A DNA stretch of 64,000 bases. Source: Camelus ferus (taxonomy: Eukaryota). The notes beneath the pieces are model-generated. The model was given only the letters and a program-made list of their open reading frames with translations, was not told where the DNA came from and did no database searches. This document shows positions 25,889-39,390 of this stretch, one piece after another. How positions within the stretch are numbered: the first letter of the stretch is position 1; each line of letters begins with the position of its first letter. Made by a program: the position numbers and the translations under genes. The stretch is from contig NC_045707.1 in assembly GCF_009834535.1 (NCBI RefSeq), positions 49,168,001 through 49,232,000 on the forward strand, in the 5' to 3' direction.

Positions 25889-28800
25889 AAAGGCACAGGC
25901 CAAATTGTAATTATTAACATATTGTAAAATACATTACTTATATCTTAAAAAGAATCCATTATTTTGGTATCAATTGATAGAAGAATATTTTACATTTGGC
26001 TTCATCTTTTTAACCTAAAATTTAATAGACCCTTTATCTCCATCTCTTCCAATTATATGAATTTCACTTTCCAAGATCATTCTTAAAGAGAAGTTGGTGG
26101 AAGCTTCTGGCAACATTTATTATTTGTTTTTATATCTATTTTTTAATTTGTTCCTTGCCCAGAGTGTTTTGCAGTTTTAAATTGAAAACAGTCTGGTAGT
26201 TTTTCTTAAATATTTGCACAATTGATTTTTGATCACCTCATTCGATTATCAAAAAGGAAAAAAAACAACGTTTGGGCCCACTTTTTCCCCTCAATAAAAC
26301 AAATTATATTTTAGGGAGTTACCTTGGAGCTGCCTGTGCTTTCACAGATTGGCTGCTGCAGCTTACTTTTAACTGGCCAGTTGTGGTGTTGTGGTGCTGT
26401 TTTCTCTGTGCACAGCGTCATACCTTTAATAACCACCAATGATTTGAGGTTTTTACAAATATCCCTCATTACCCGGAGCATTTTTAGCAGGCTGTAGGGG
26501 AATAGTTCAAATTACCTGTCTTTTAATAATTAATCCATGTTCTCAATTAAAAACACAATCTTTTAAAGCTAGCACTTGAAAAGTAAACAGGCAGATTGTC
26601 ATGTTAGTGGATGGTTGTTAATATTTAGCTGTCTGCCATCAAGTCCCTGTTCCTCAGTGAAGCCTTACTTCCTCTGGGGACAATCCAGGCACCTTCCCTC
26701 CCACTCAGAGGCCTGACAGTCAGGATTACTGCCTCTTCTTTTCCTTTCCTTCCTGTCCTACTAGAGCAAGCCCACAACCTGAGCTTACAATCAGGCTGTA
26801 AAAAGATAAACATCTCAAGGATTTAAACCAAAGCCTTAGCCAGAATCTGAGGATCTCTACAAATTGTCCTCACGGTTTCTCTATAAATATATCTCCAGCT
26901 CAGCTTCCTACATAATCTTCCAGTCTAACAAGTTCAAAGTCCTTATTTTCTTTTGTAAATATCCCATTTGTATCTATTTCCACATTTTGTCTGTATCTCT
27001 TACTACTGCTGGATTTTTGCTTAAAGCGGGTCTTTTTTCTCCATCAACATGTATCCTAAAACAAGTTTTTCTCCTTTTAACTTCCAAAATTTCTCCCTGA
27101 TTTCTCGATTCCATGATAAATCTCTTGTTTCTTTGATCTTCTATAGCATTTATATGTGTAGCTTTGGGTACTAGATTATTATTATTATACAGGCTAGTGC
27201 CTTTGGGTCCTGTTTTTTTTTTGGTAATGTTCTGTAATGTTATTTCTGAGTATTTTCTGAGTCCACATTTCTCAATGTTTATAGACTACATAAAAACAAA
27301 GGCCTCTTTCAGTAACCAGGATATTTGTGGTAGATATAAAATAAATACTCAAATATTTTTGTCGATTTGAATATTACCATATGTTTTTGGTAATATTCTG
27401 AATATCTGTGAAGAGGTATTTTAATTACTTAACTTTTATAGCTTAATGATTTTCATAAGTTTAGGAGGCTAAGTTTTTCTGACCCAGGACAAAAGCTGAG
27501 GTGACAAAAAACGTTTTAACCCTGTATATAAATGCATTTGCATCAAGTCTATTTGTCTTTAATTTTTCTTTTTTACCTGAAAATGTACAAATATCTAACT
27601 CATGAACATTGTTCCTCTTATGGGAAAGAAAGAAATATAATTAGACTCAAAAGGAAAGTCAAGATTTTTCTATAAATTTTTGATTCCATTAACTAGACTT
27701 TGGATTTGTGACTATATTATGTCATGACAATTACAATTTAAGTTGTCTAACAAATACTTATTTAACATTTAATCTGTGTAAACCTCTGTGCAAAGTGCCA
27801 GAGTAAGATGCAATTACTGCATGGAGAAGCTGACGGTATGTTAGAAAAAAATATCTCATAAAAATATGATTAAACGTAAGAAGTACAAGTAGACATCTAT
27901 GCATAGAATGCTATGATAACATGGAGAGATGTATACTGTATAAGCATTATATTTAAATGCCATCTACATTTATTTACAGCCATCTACTAACATGCATTTT
28001 GACCATTATGCCCTGAAGAGAAGATACTAACGGTGTTAGAGAGTTAGTAGAACAGTAGGAAGTACACAGAATTTCGATTCATAATATCCGGATTTGAGTG
28101 CCACATTCACCACCTATTTTATGACCTTGAAAAAGCTATAAAGTCGCTTGAAACACTTACACTGATTTTCTAATAGTAGTAATATCTATCCAAGATATTG
28201 ATGACAATTTATAGAGAAAATTACCTACAATCTGTTTTTGGTTATTTGATTCAGGCTGGGGTAAAGAAAAATGAAGGAAACATTTTGTTTGTGTATTGGA
28301 ACTTTTTGGATAGTCTAAATGATATCATTAAATTCACTTTTGCTACTCTTCATGAGCCTTCCAAAGTTTTGAAAATGGGAATCATAACAATATTAATGTA
28401 CTGGCTTCAGAGGGTATGTTGTATCTTCAAGGGCACAATGAAGAGCGGTCTAGTTTTTAGGAGCTGGTTAGAGAAATATTTGTTTTTTAGTAATGTCAAC
28501 TCTTACCTCATGAAACAAGACTGCAAAGATAAATATTGCCCACTCTTATTCCCCTAAGAATAACCTTATTCTGATGGAGATGGGGTAGGAAGAATGTGGC
28601 AGGGACAGATTATGGGGGAGGCTAATATTCCTAACTATAAAATATTCTAAGCTATCTCTAAGGAATTAAAGTGATCTCCGTGGAACTATTGGGAGCCAGC
28701 AACTGAAAATGGAGGGGTCCATATGCAGGCAAGATTAGGTCTGATAGGATTATCAACATTGAGTCCATTGTTAATCTCATTTATCTTGGATAGAAAGGCT

Positions 28801-29024
28801 CAAATCTTTAAAATTTTTCCACTTCAGAATAAGGGGTGGAAGATAAGAAATGGGGACATGGGAGACTTTGGCATCTTTTCTGTTTGTCTACTACTTCTTC
28901 AGTTAAGTGTACATTTCTTTGTTACAAATTGTATATGGCCCAGGAAATGCTGAAAAGGGAAAGACTGAATTGGATGTCTCTCAATGTGAGAGGTCAGTGA
29001 GGGAACTGTTCTGCATGTGAGATA

Positions 29025-30365
29025 TATATCATATCAACAAGATGAAGAAGAAAAATCTCATGACCATAGTAAAAGATGTTGGGAAAGTGTTTGACAAAAT
29101 CCAACAGCCATTCATGATAAACCTCTGAGCAAACTAAGAATAGATACAATACCAAAGACATGATTCATAAAAAAATAATTTATAAGCTGGGCTTCACTGT
29201 AATTCAAAACATCTTCTCTGTGAAGGACACTGTAAAGAGATTGAGAAGATAAACCAAATACTGGCTTAAAATATTTGTGAAAGACATATGATAAAAACTA
29301 TTATTCAAAATATACAAAGCTCTCTTAAAGCTCAACAATAAGAAAATGAACTACCTGATTAAAAAATGGGCAAAATACTTAAAAAGACATCTCACCAAAG
29401 AAGATACACAAGTGGCAAAGAGCACGTGCAGATGAAAAGATGTTTAATATCCTATGTCATTAAGGAATTGGAAATTAAAATAGAGAGATACCACTACACA
29501 CCTACTAAAATAGCCAAAACCCAGAACAAAATGCTGATGAGGATATGGAGCAACAGGCACCCTCATTCATTGCTGGTGGGAGTGAAAATGATATAGCCAC
29601 TCTGGAAGACAGTTTGGTGGCTTCTTAAAAAACTAAATATGCTATTACCATATGATTCAGCAGTCTCACTCCTTGATACTCACCCAAAAGAGTTGAAAAC
29701 GTATGTCCACACAAAAACCTGGACATGGAAGTCTTCAGCAGCTTTACTCAGAATGGCCAAAACTTGGAAGCAACCCAAACGTCCTTCAGCAGGTAAATGG
29801 ATAAATAAACTGTTGTACATCCAGACAGTGGAATATTATTCAGTGCTAAAAAGAAATGAGTTTTCAAGCCATGAAAAATCTGAAATGCTTATCACTAAGT
29901 GAAAGAAGCGTATTACTGAATGAAAGAATCTGAAAAGCTATGTACTGTGTGATTCCAGCTATAAGACATCTCAAAAAGGCAAAACTATGAGAAAGTAAAG
30001 ACATCAGTGGTTTCTAGGGGTTGAAGAAAGAGCTGGAGGAATAGGCAGAGAATAGAAGATTGTTAGGGCAGTAAAAATATTCTATATGATACTATAAAGG
30101 TGGATACATGTCATTCATTAGACATTTGTCAATACTTACAGAATGTGTAGCATCAAGAGTGAACCCTAATGTAAACTATGAACTGGTTAATGATGTGCCA
30201 AAGTAGGTTTACAAATTCTAACACATGTACCACTCTGGTGGAGGATGTTGCTAGTGAAGAGGTTGGGGTGGGGGGTGGGCATGAGGTATATTGGAACTCT
30301 CTATACTTTCTACTTTATTTTGCTGTGAACCTAAAACTGCTCTAAAAAGTAAAGTATATTAAAAA
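29025..30365 (+). mobile_element. L1MC-type L1 3' portion with internal deletion
   Basis: ORFs 29366-29596 (KELEIKIERYHYTPTKIA) and 29639-29902 (PYDSAVSLL...AKTWKQPK...WINKLLYIQTVEYYS). 3' end GCTGTGAACCTAAAACTGCTCTAAAAA resembles L1MC1/2. Confidence 0.9.
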
Positions 30366-30744
30366 TTAGTGAATTTCAAATTTACTCTTAATTTGCCTCA
30401 AGTTTCTCTTCCTGAGGATAAGCATTTTAAGGAGTTATTTTTTAAATATATAGACCGTATAAAATTATGCTGATGTATAAATAGGAAATAAATTTCAGGT
30501 GAAATCATGATCTAATATAGTCTCTTCAATGTATTTAATTTGTTTCTCAATTAACAAACCCCGAAAGTAGTTATATATATTTAGTCCCAAATATATTTAT
30601 TTTAGGGTTAAAAGTTACCTCAGGGGTTAATATTATATTAGGATTTGTGCCTTTTTTAATAATTGCATATTGTTTGAAAAAAAGTAGATTGTTTCAGAGG
30701 TGTAGACTCAGAATGTTTAGAGGACACAGATAAAGCAGTTGTAA

Positions 30745-30905
30745 TGAAAATGGAATGAAAAGGGCTTAGATTCATTTCTTAGTTGTGACCTTCACTATTC
30801 ATGTCAACTTGGGAAGGCCCTTAATTTCCTTAGATTCAATTTCCTCATCTCTATAAAGTTCATCTGGCATCCCTCCTATTATAATTATTGTGATAATTAA
30901 AAGTG
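30745..30905 (+). mobile_element. MIR
   Basis: CTTGGGAAGGCCCTTAATTTCCTT...AATTTCCTCATCTCTATAAA core. Confidence 0.65.
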
Positions 30906-30984
30906 CATCCTTACCGAGAGAGAGCAGGAGAGGGAGAGGGGAGCCAAGCCAAGGCTGATAAATAGTAAGGATTCAGAAATGGTT

Positions 30985-31185
30985 AATTTATATTGAGCTT
31001 TCAGTATGTACCAGGTACTGCTACATATTTTGTGAATTGTAATTACAACACCAATATGATAAAGGCATTATTATTCTAAAGGAGGTTCAGAAAATTTAAA
31101 CAATTACCCCAAGGTAATATGGATTAGAAATCAGCATAGTGTGCAAAATCATGCCAGTCTGATTAACCAGAATTTAGATCTTCCC
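30985..31185 (-). mobile_element. MIR
   Basis: ATTTATATTGAGC...TATGTACCAGGTACTG...GAGGTTCAGA...CCCAAGGT. Confidence 0.6.
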
Positions 31186-31696
31186 AGGGTCTTCCAGTCT
31201 TGATTGATGGGTGGGAATTCATTCACACTGACAAGCAGAAAAATAATATTATCTAGCCCTCTTCACTGGCGTCTAACTGACATAGTAGAAACTGAGTGAA
31301 AATCAAAATGGAATGGCCTATGGGATGTGCTGTGAATCTGAGGTGAATAGCAAGATAAATATCCACAAATGAATTTATCTAGACAAGGGAAAAGGAATGG
31401 AAATAAAAACAATGAGGTTCTGCCCATAGCTTCATCTTTCTTTTTATTTTCTGGACTTTATTATTTTTTTTTTTTTTTTGGCCAACATACATTAAATAAT
31501 AAGAAAGATCTGAATAGCATTAAACATTTCTAAGCAGAATTTACTGAGGAAAGTGGTTGCCTAGTAACAAAAATATACTGTTTTGACATTATAGTGAGGA
31601 TTGATGAACATTAAAATAGTTCATTTAAAAGCTTATGGTTGCTTTGGAAATGTAAGGACATCTAGTCTTTTTTTAGAAGTTTTTTGTAAGAGACTT

Positions 31697-32288
31697 TGTA
31701 TTAGTTTTTTATGCTGTGTAACAAATTACTAAAAACTTAGCGGCTTAAAACAATATTCATTTTATTATCTCAGTGTCTGTAGGTCAGAAGTCTAGGCACA
31801 AATTAACTGAGTCCTCTGCTCAGGGTCTTTCAAAATGTCAGCTGGGCTATGTTCTTACTAAAGGTCTGGACAGGAAGTGATCAGTTTTCAAGCTGTCTCA
31901 GTCTGGGGCAGAATTCATTGCCTTCAGCCTGTAAATTTTCTCACTGCTTAGATCCTCAAAACCATAAAAAGAGAAAGTAGCTCCCTACTGGGATCTCTGC
32001 CTTCAGGAAAAGTCTAGGTCTTCTTTTTATGACTCACCTGATTAGGTGAGCCCCACTTAGAATAATCTCCTCTTGATTACCTCAAAGTCAGCTGGTTAAC
32101 CACCACAATCATATCTAAAAAATCCCTCTACCTTTGCAATATAACTTGACTTAATTACAGGAATGATATCCAATCACCCTTGCCATAATCTATTGGTTAG
32201 AAGCAGATTATAGTTTCCACGAAAACTCAAGGGTGGATACTAGGTTTCAAAAATCAAGAAGACCACCCTAGGATGTGTCCACCACCAG
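31697..32288 (-). mobile_element. MaLR LTR (MLT1E/F-like)
   Basis: TGTATTAGTTTTTTATGCTGTGTAACAAATTACTAAAAACTTAGCGGCTTAAAACAA...TTTATTATCTCA...GTAGGTCAGAAGTC and CTATTGGTTAGAAGCA are diagnostic of MLT1. Confidence 0.85.
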
Positions 32289-35200
32289 CATAAATAAATA
32301 ACTCCATTTTCTTCCTTACCACAACTGAGACAAAGAGGTAAAAGATCACCATTAAAACTATTTTGCATGGGTCAGTATTCTTTTACTGGACAAATTGTAT
32401 GGTAATTTTTTAAATGATTATTCATGAGTTGCACAGAAAAAAATTCTTAATTCTTAGATTAAAGTATATCTCTCAGTTCATTATAAATATAAATAGGAAA
32501 TAAGCAATCATTCTTAAAAAACAGATATAGAGAAGTTTTACAAACTTAGCAGATAGGGTAAAAGTCTTTTACTAATTTTAATACAAATTTTACTCCTAAT
32601 AAATTCGTGTTACTAGAAAAGGGTTTGCTTTATTAAATTTTCTGGTATCTTTTATAGAGCAGGATATGAAAATAATTAATGCAAAAGAAGAAACTGAACA
32701 TATTATTTATACAATAAAAAACTATCAACTTTAATGGTTATCTAAATTATTAAGTGACAGTATGATGATTTTACCAAAATTATTTTATATTAAGGGACTA
32801 CATTAATGCCTTTCATATCACATCAATTTTTGGATACAAACTATTCCAATGACTTTGGCATTTTGTATTTTTTTCTTGAGCAGAGTTAATTCATAAATCT
32901 GCACAGAGTCTTTCCTATAGATGAATCTTGGATAGTTTGGTAAATTATGTTCATCTCAATGGATACTAGTGTCAAAAAATAATTCTCTCTCTAATTTTAA
33001 ATGGACTCAAAAGCACTTAAGGATTAAAAAAAAGCACAGAATCTGGTTGAATCAGTCTAATTGCTTTACTTCAATTTCTTTTTTATTCAACATACAGCTT
33101 CTGCTATTCACAACGTTTCCGGTTTCTAGATACCTTGGCTTTAATTTTAAAAAACAAATAATGAAATACATAATTAGATTTTGGATTGTTCATGAATAGC
33201 TTCAACTGATTTTTTTTTTAAATCGTCTGATTTGGATGACATATTCATTAAAATCCTGACAAATGTTGATTACAGAAAAGTACTACCCTAAGCAAGTCCT
33301 ATCAGAGTTCCATAGTTTTTTGAGATTACCTTTCCTTTAATAAACAAATAAAGTGAGCTGACGTCTCATTCTGTATGGGAAGTCAATATCATTGTCAACA
33401 TTTTGAAGAAAACCAAGGATAGTTCTTAATTTTTCTTAGTTTTCACCATCACCTCTTGTTCTTATTTACTTCACTCCCTATTCTTATTTCACTGGCTCTC
33501 TCCTTTAGAACTTTGTATTTGTAATTTTATCAAAGTTATTTATGCATATGGTTTAATGAGACAAATGATTTTAAGAGACACATATACAAAAAATAGTAAC
33601 CACTGTAAACTCAAACCAATTATCTCTCTCCTGTGATAAATTTTTTCAAGACTTCTGGCTTATTCTTTTGGTATTCATCTATATATCAGTCAAAGGCAAC
33701 AGTCCTATGCAGAAAGCACTGTATTCCCACAAACAGACATCCTAGAGGGCAGGCCATAAGTATACAATTAAAGAGTAGTAGGTAAGGAAAGTGTAATTCT
33801 TTCACTTAAGTGTCAGCTTACTGTTGTCTGCCAGAAATTGATTCCTTTGTATCTGTGTTCTACCTATTGACTAGAGCTCTATTATAGAGCTGTTGCATTG
33901 CTTTCTAGTCATTTTAATCAGCTGTCTTCCCATTTAGACCATGAAGTCCTCAAATATCCTTAATACTCATATGTAAAGCTATACATATTTTCTAACTTAA
34001 TATCTGAAACATAATAGGTTTTTAAAAATACTTAACTAAATTAATTTTAAGCATTTTAGGTGTTACCTGCTTTATGTTGTGTACTTACTTGCTATTGTAC
34101 TAGCTCTCTGAGGATCCATAATTCTTTTAGGTTACAGAGGCATGAAGCACCACCCAGAGAGTCACCACACTAACCTTTACTGTCTTATTGCCAGAACCCT
34201 GGGATCCTATACAAACCTAAGGTACTTCAGGTTTGTATACTGCAAAGGGAGATATAAAAAATAAAACCATTGTTTTCTTGTCTCATTAAATGCCTCAATA
34301 GCAGCATGGAACTGAGAGAAAGATGAATCATTCAAGAGGAGAAGGGTTATTGAGAAAAACTAGGTAGCGATATTGCCATTTGCTTCCCTACAAGTATTTT
34401 AATACCCATTTTTAATACTCTATCATGGTATCTCTAGCAACCAACAATCTGTCTTACCACTTGTTATATTCGGATAGACATCTTGACAGAGTTCTAGTCT
34501 AACATTAATCTCTTTCACAAAATAGACATTATAAAATATGAATAATTACAATTACAAGAAAGAATATCTACTATGTGAAAAATATTTTAAATAGATTATC
34601 TCTAATCCTTTTAAAAACTGACACAGATAATATGTTAGTTAGAACTAGTTTCAAGTAATAGAAAGCAACTTGATCTAGGTTAAGAAAACTGTATTATAAG
34701 AATACAGGTGTTGCTAATGGAGGCCAAGGAAAGGCATACAACCAGAACTAGGAAAGGCAAAAACCAGACACTGGAGATTTGTCAGAAATTCTGTGTTTAT
34801 TCATTTATTTTGGTTTCCCCTGTACACTGCCTGGCTTGTATTTATACGCCTAGGCCTAGGCTTATAAGGAACTAAAGGTGTTGGTGCAGATCAGTTTAGG
34901 AATTTCCCAGTGAAAGTAGGCAATGGATATATTAGAATGATAAATATTACAACTGACCATAAAATCACATTGGCCTTGACATACAAACAAAAGTCAGAGA
35001 AAATAATTTATGTTATGGAAATATGAATACAGGAAATCATACTGTTGCAATTTAGATCACTGTTCAATAATCAGCACAACTTCTGTTCAGAGAGAAGCAT
35101 TATTGTTGTTATTACTCCCAATATGACTATAGAGATGCCGGCAAATTCAATCACGGTTTTATTTTTTTTCCAGTAGCTAAAGTAATATATTATAGCCATT

Positions 35201-38200
35201 GTAAAATTAGTCTAAATCTTGCATTTGGTTTGTCCCCTGAAGGTCTAATTTTTTTTTTTTAAATGGCATTTTCAATGCCACTTCTTGAGGTTTGTGATAC
35301 TTTGGCTCTTTCTAATTTGCAGAACAATCATAGTTATTGCTAATCTTGTAATTCCACTTATGTTGAAGCACAGAGAATCTGTCCTCTGGGCACTATTGTT
35401 CGTAATTTGAAAAGTGTATTTCATTACGTTAGAGACTATTTTAAACTATATTAAGTATAAAATCAAACAATATACATTTCATGAAATCAAATCGATTTTT
35501 TATAGAATATCATTCTGGGAATAGTATGTTTTTCAGAAAATAATATACGCATGAATTTAAGAATATATTTTTCAAAAGTTTTGGAAGATTTTAAAGTTGA
35601 CATTCATAGAACAAATAAACTCAATGCCAAAGCCATATTTAGTGCCCTATGTCTTTGCAACTCATACAACTGTTTGTTAAAAATAAAAATACATTCTAAA
35701 ATGATTCAAATGCAAATGAATTTAGAATTCACCCATAAAATGTTTGAGTAATTTCTTCTTGGCATGCATCAATATGTATTCATATTTTGGTTGAACAAAC
35801 TAATATTGCTCATTTTAATTGAAAAATGATTTATTAAATATCTCTATTATGTCTCATACAATGAAAAGTTAAACACGTGTGAGATACAGATTTTCTTCAC
35901 AATGTATACCATGAAGTCAGAAAAACAAATAACTGGCTTTAAAATACATATGTAACAAAAAGTTTAAAAGAGATATTGAATAAAAACCTTAGAGACAGAG
36001 GGGAATGATTCTTTCTCACTTGGAGCACACTGGAGAAAGAAGAAAAGAAAATTACCATTTATTTTGTGTAACTTTCTGTTTTTAAGTATCCACTTTACAT
36101 GTGAGGAAACTGGGTTCCACATTTCACAAAAAAAAATCTTCTATGATTCAATCACATAGGTACAGAGTCTGAAATGAAAACCCACATTATCTGATTTTTG
36201 TTTCATTGTTCCTGTCATTTCCTGCTCTAAAGAACTCTTCAGTGAGGAATACCATTAAACAGACCATTAAGGAATAAGAAGGAGTTTGTATTGGAACCAA
36301 AGTTAAGGGGAAAAGAACAGTTACGGCAAAATAAAGAGCATCTGGAAATAAAGGTTTGAACTAAAATGTAGATATGAAACTTGCGGGAGAGAGAGGAGGG
36401 TGAAATATGTTCAAATTATGATTAGTCTTTAAACCATTCCAAATATGAGTATCATGCTGAATTCTGGGTCAGACAAGGGGAAATATTGAAATATGTGTTA
36501 TGAAGGTAATTTCAGTATCATTAAGGAGAAATAAATGGATAAGGAAGAAATGAGAGGCAGAGATTAGATAATCTGCTTTTGTTTTGAGTCCAGATTAGAG
36601 ATGAAGCAAGCCAGAATAGGGAACGCAGGGGATGGATGAATTAAGGAAATAATAAAGATTGAATCATCCCAGTGGGTAAGTGCAGAGAGGAAATAAATGA
36701 AAGGTGAAGAGTGAGAAATGAAGTGAAAAACTAGTTCTGTTTATTTATAAAATATTAAATTGAAAGATTTAATTTATCTGTGCTTGGCATTAAGGGTGCT
36801 GGAACATTAAGATTTTAAATGTTATTTTCCATTATAGCCTTATAAGGTAAATAATGCATCAGCTACTTCAGATTATTTTTGTGAAGAACAGCACAAGACA
36901 TTATTAATTTAAAAAGTGAAAACTTCCTTTTTCATTCATTTTCCTCACCTTCAGAAACTGAAGGGGGGACATTTATTTCATATTAAGCAGTATGCTAGGC
37001 AATGTACATATGATAGTAAGCCCAGTCGACATAGCGGTTGTCTTCAGAGGGCTTAACAATTTAGTAGGTGAAACAGATTCCACTCAATTAATTAAGTAAG
37101 CAAAGAAGGAAATGTTAGGAAAAGGGAGTGAATGGTTCCAGTAAGACATTTTGTTAGGGTCAATTAAGCTAATCATTAAGTGAGAGTAAACCTTCAGGAA
37201 TAGACTCACTATGAGAAATCTGATGATGAAGATTTACCCGGGTGAAGTAGGAAGTAAAGACACCTCAGGCAAAATACATTTCTTCTCTTTACTTCCAATA
37301 GTTGTGCAAAGTGTTACAGTGGTGAACTGAGAATCCTGGTGGTGACCAGCACCCTCTAATGCTTAGACAATCTGGCATATCCCTGCAAATATCTTAGTCA
37401 TTTTGACTTGACTTTACCATTAATGAACAGTGAAAAATAAAAGAAAAATAAATACATAAATAAATAAAACTAAATAACTTATAATTACTTTTTTAAAGCC
37501 TTGTTTAAGATACACACATGAATGCATGTACAAACACACATACATACTTACACATAAACATAGAAACTATGCCAGAACAATAAGACTATAAATATGGACA
37601 GTAATTTTTAATTAATGCACTCTGTATTTTTATTTTAAATTAAATCGATGTTAATCATGTGTTAACTATACTTTCTATATGTTATTGTATGGCTAATCAG
37701 GCATAATTCTTTATTATTTATACTTAGTTCTTTTGGAAACTGAGACAATATTATGAATCTGAAAATAGCACGTACATTTTCCTGTCTCTTAGGTTAAGTT
37801 TTAATTCACTGAAACCATCTGAACTAAAATCCTTTTCTTTCTTAATGTAAAGCATGAATTACTTAATAAAGTAAATTTCAAAATTGGCTTAAAAAGCTTT
37901 TGTAGGTAGAACAGAAGTGAAACACATAATATTCTTTCTTGCTTTTAAACAGATCTACTCAGATGGAATTATCAAGTTTTGCATCTGAAAGAGAGCGGAG
38001 ATCATCTGATCAAACTGCCACATGTTACAGACAAATAGCCATTCTATTTTGAAAGATCTGGGTTTTTCCCCATTCCTTCATGGACTTTAGTCTCCATCAA
38101 AGGACTAATGAATAGTGTTGAAGAAACTTATATATTCCTTTTATTTTAAAGAGACATGTTATTATTGCTTTAACATTTGAAATATTCTAAAAACTCTTAA

Positions 38201-38869
38201 TAGGACAAGGAAGAATATTCCAGTATACCTGCAAATATATACTTATATTTTCAATTTTCCTTTTAGCTAAGTGAGCAGGAGAGAGAAAAATGGAATCGGG
38301 AGGTCATTGTCCAAAGTTCTCACATTTTTTCTTACTAGAAGATGAAAATCAACAATTGAAGCCAAAGACAGATTCAGATGGGGAAAACAGATAAGAAAAG
38401 TGTTGCTTCTGTTGAAGAAGAATGGCAAGAATCATCTGAATTTGGGTGTTTAGCTCACAAAATTCCGTTTCATGACTCTACACTCATTCCAAATGAAGTT
38501 TAATAATGGTTTCGCAATAAAATCTAAACTTCTAACCATGGGCTTTGAGTGCCTCCCCCGATTCTTTCTCAGCATACCTAATTATTCCCCTATCACACTT
38601 GTAACTGATTGCCAACAGCTCAGAAAAGCTGGCTTGAGGGTGCAGAAGGAAACACACATGGAGATAATAATTTCCTTACCTTTAAAAAATAATAGTAATA
38701 ATAATCTTAACTTAATAAAACATGGCATTTTACAAAAAAAAAGCCTACGTGTAGTTAATATTAATTACTTGAAGCTTAAAAGACATCTATTCGTACTTAT
38801 AGATGCATATAAGGAACAATGTGTAGACATCCCATTTGTGTGTATGTGTTTCTTTTGCTTACCCAGCAT

Positions 38870-39390
38870 TTATTACTAATATTCCTTCCTCCAAATCTCC
38901 AGCTTTATTCAGATCTATTCTTCATGAATTGATCATGAGCCTTGGAGAAAGCCTACTTCACCTCCAGTCAAAGTATATCTTATTGATCTAAATGCGATCT
39001 CATTCTCCTTGCCAGCTCTTGATTCACAAAAGAACATGCTACCTAGTTTCCACCAATGAGATCTGAAGAAAAATTTGCTGGAGCAGAGATGTTTAGAAAA
39101 TGTTTCTTCACTACTAAGAGCGGTATACAGGTAATGGAGTCTCTTCTTTTTCTGGGCACTATCTTAGAAGGAACTGCTGCAGCCATCTTGCTACTAAAGA
39201 AGGAAGACAGCACATCTGACAAAGGAAAGAAAACATGTACCTTACATAATCACTGAATTTTTTAACTAAACAATCTATACCTTAACTTATCTCTGGATTT
39301 CTGCTACGTGAGATAATATATTTCCCTGTTGTTGAAGCAAGTTTCAGAAAGTTTTCATTTCTTGAAGCAGAGATTATTCTAAGTAATACA
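38870..39390 (+). mobile_element. MaLR LTR (MLT1J/K-like)
   Basis: CCAATGAGATCTGAAG, GGAACTGCTGCAGCCATCTTGCTAC and terminal TTCTAAGTAATACA. Left boundary approximate. Confidence 0.75.

Noticed and set aside
38472..38879. Longest ORF in the track (135 aa)
   Set aside because: Composition reflects AT-rich, repeat-derived DNA. No recognisable domain or splice support, and the length is plausible by chance.
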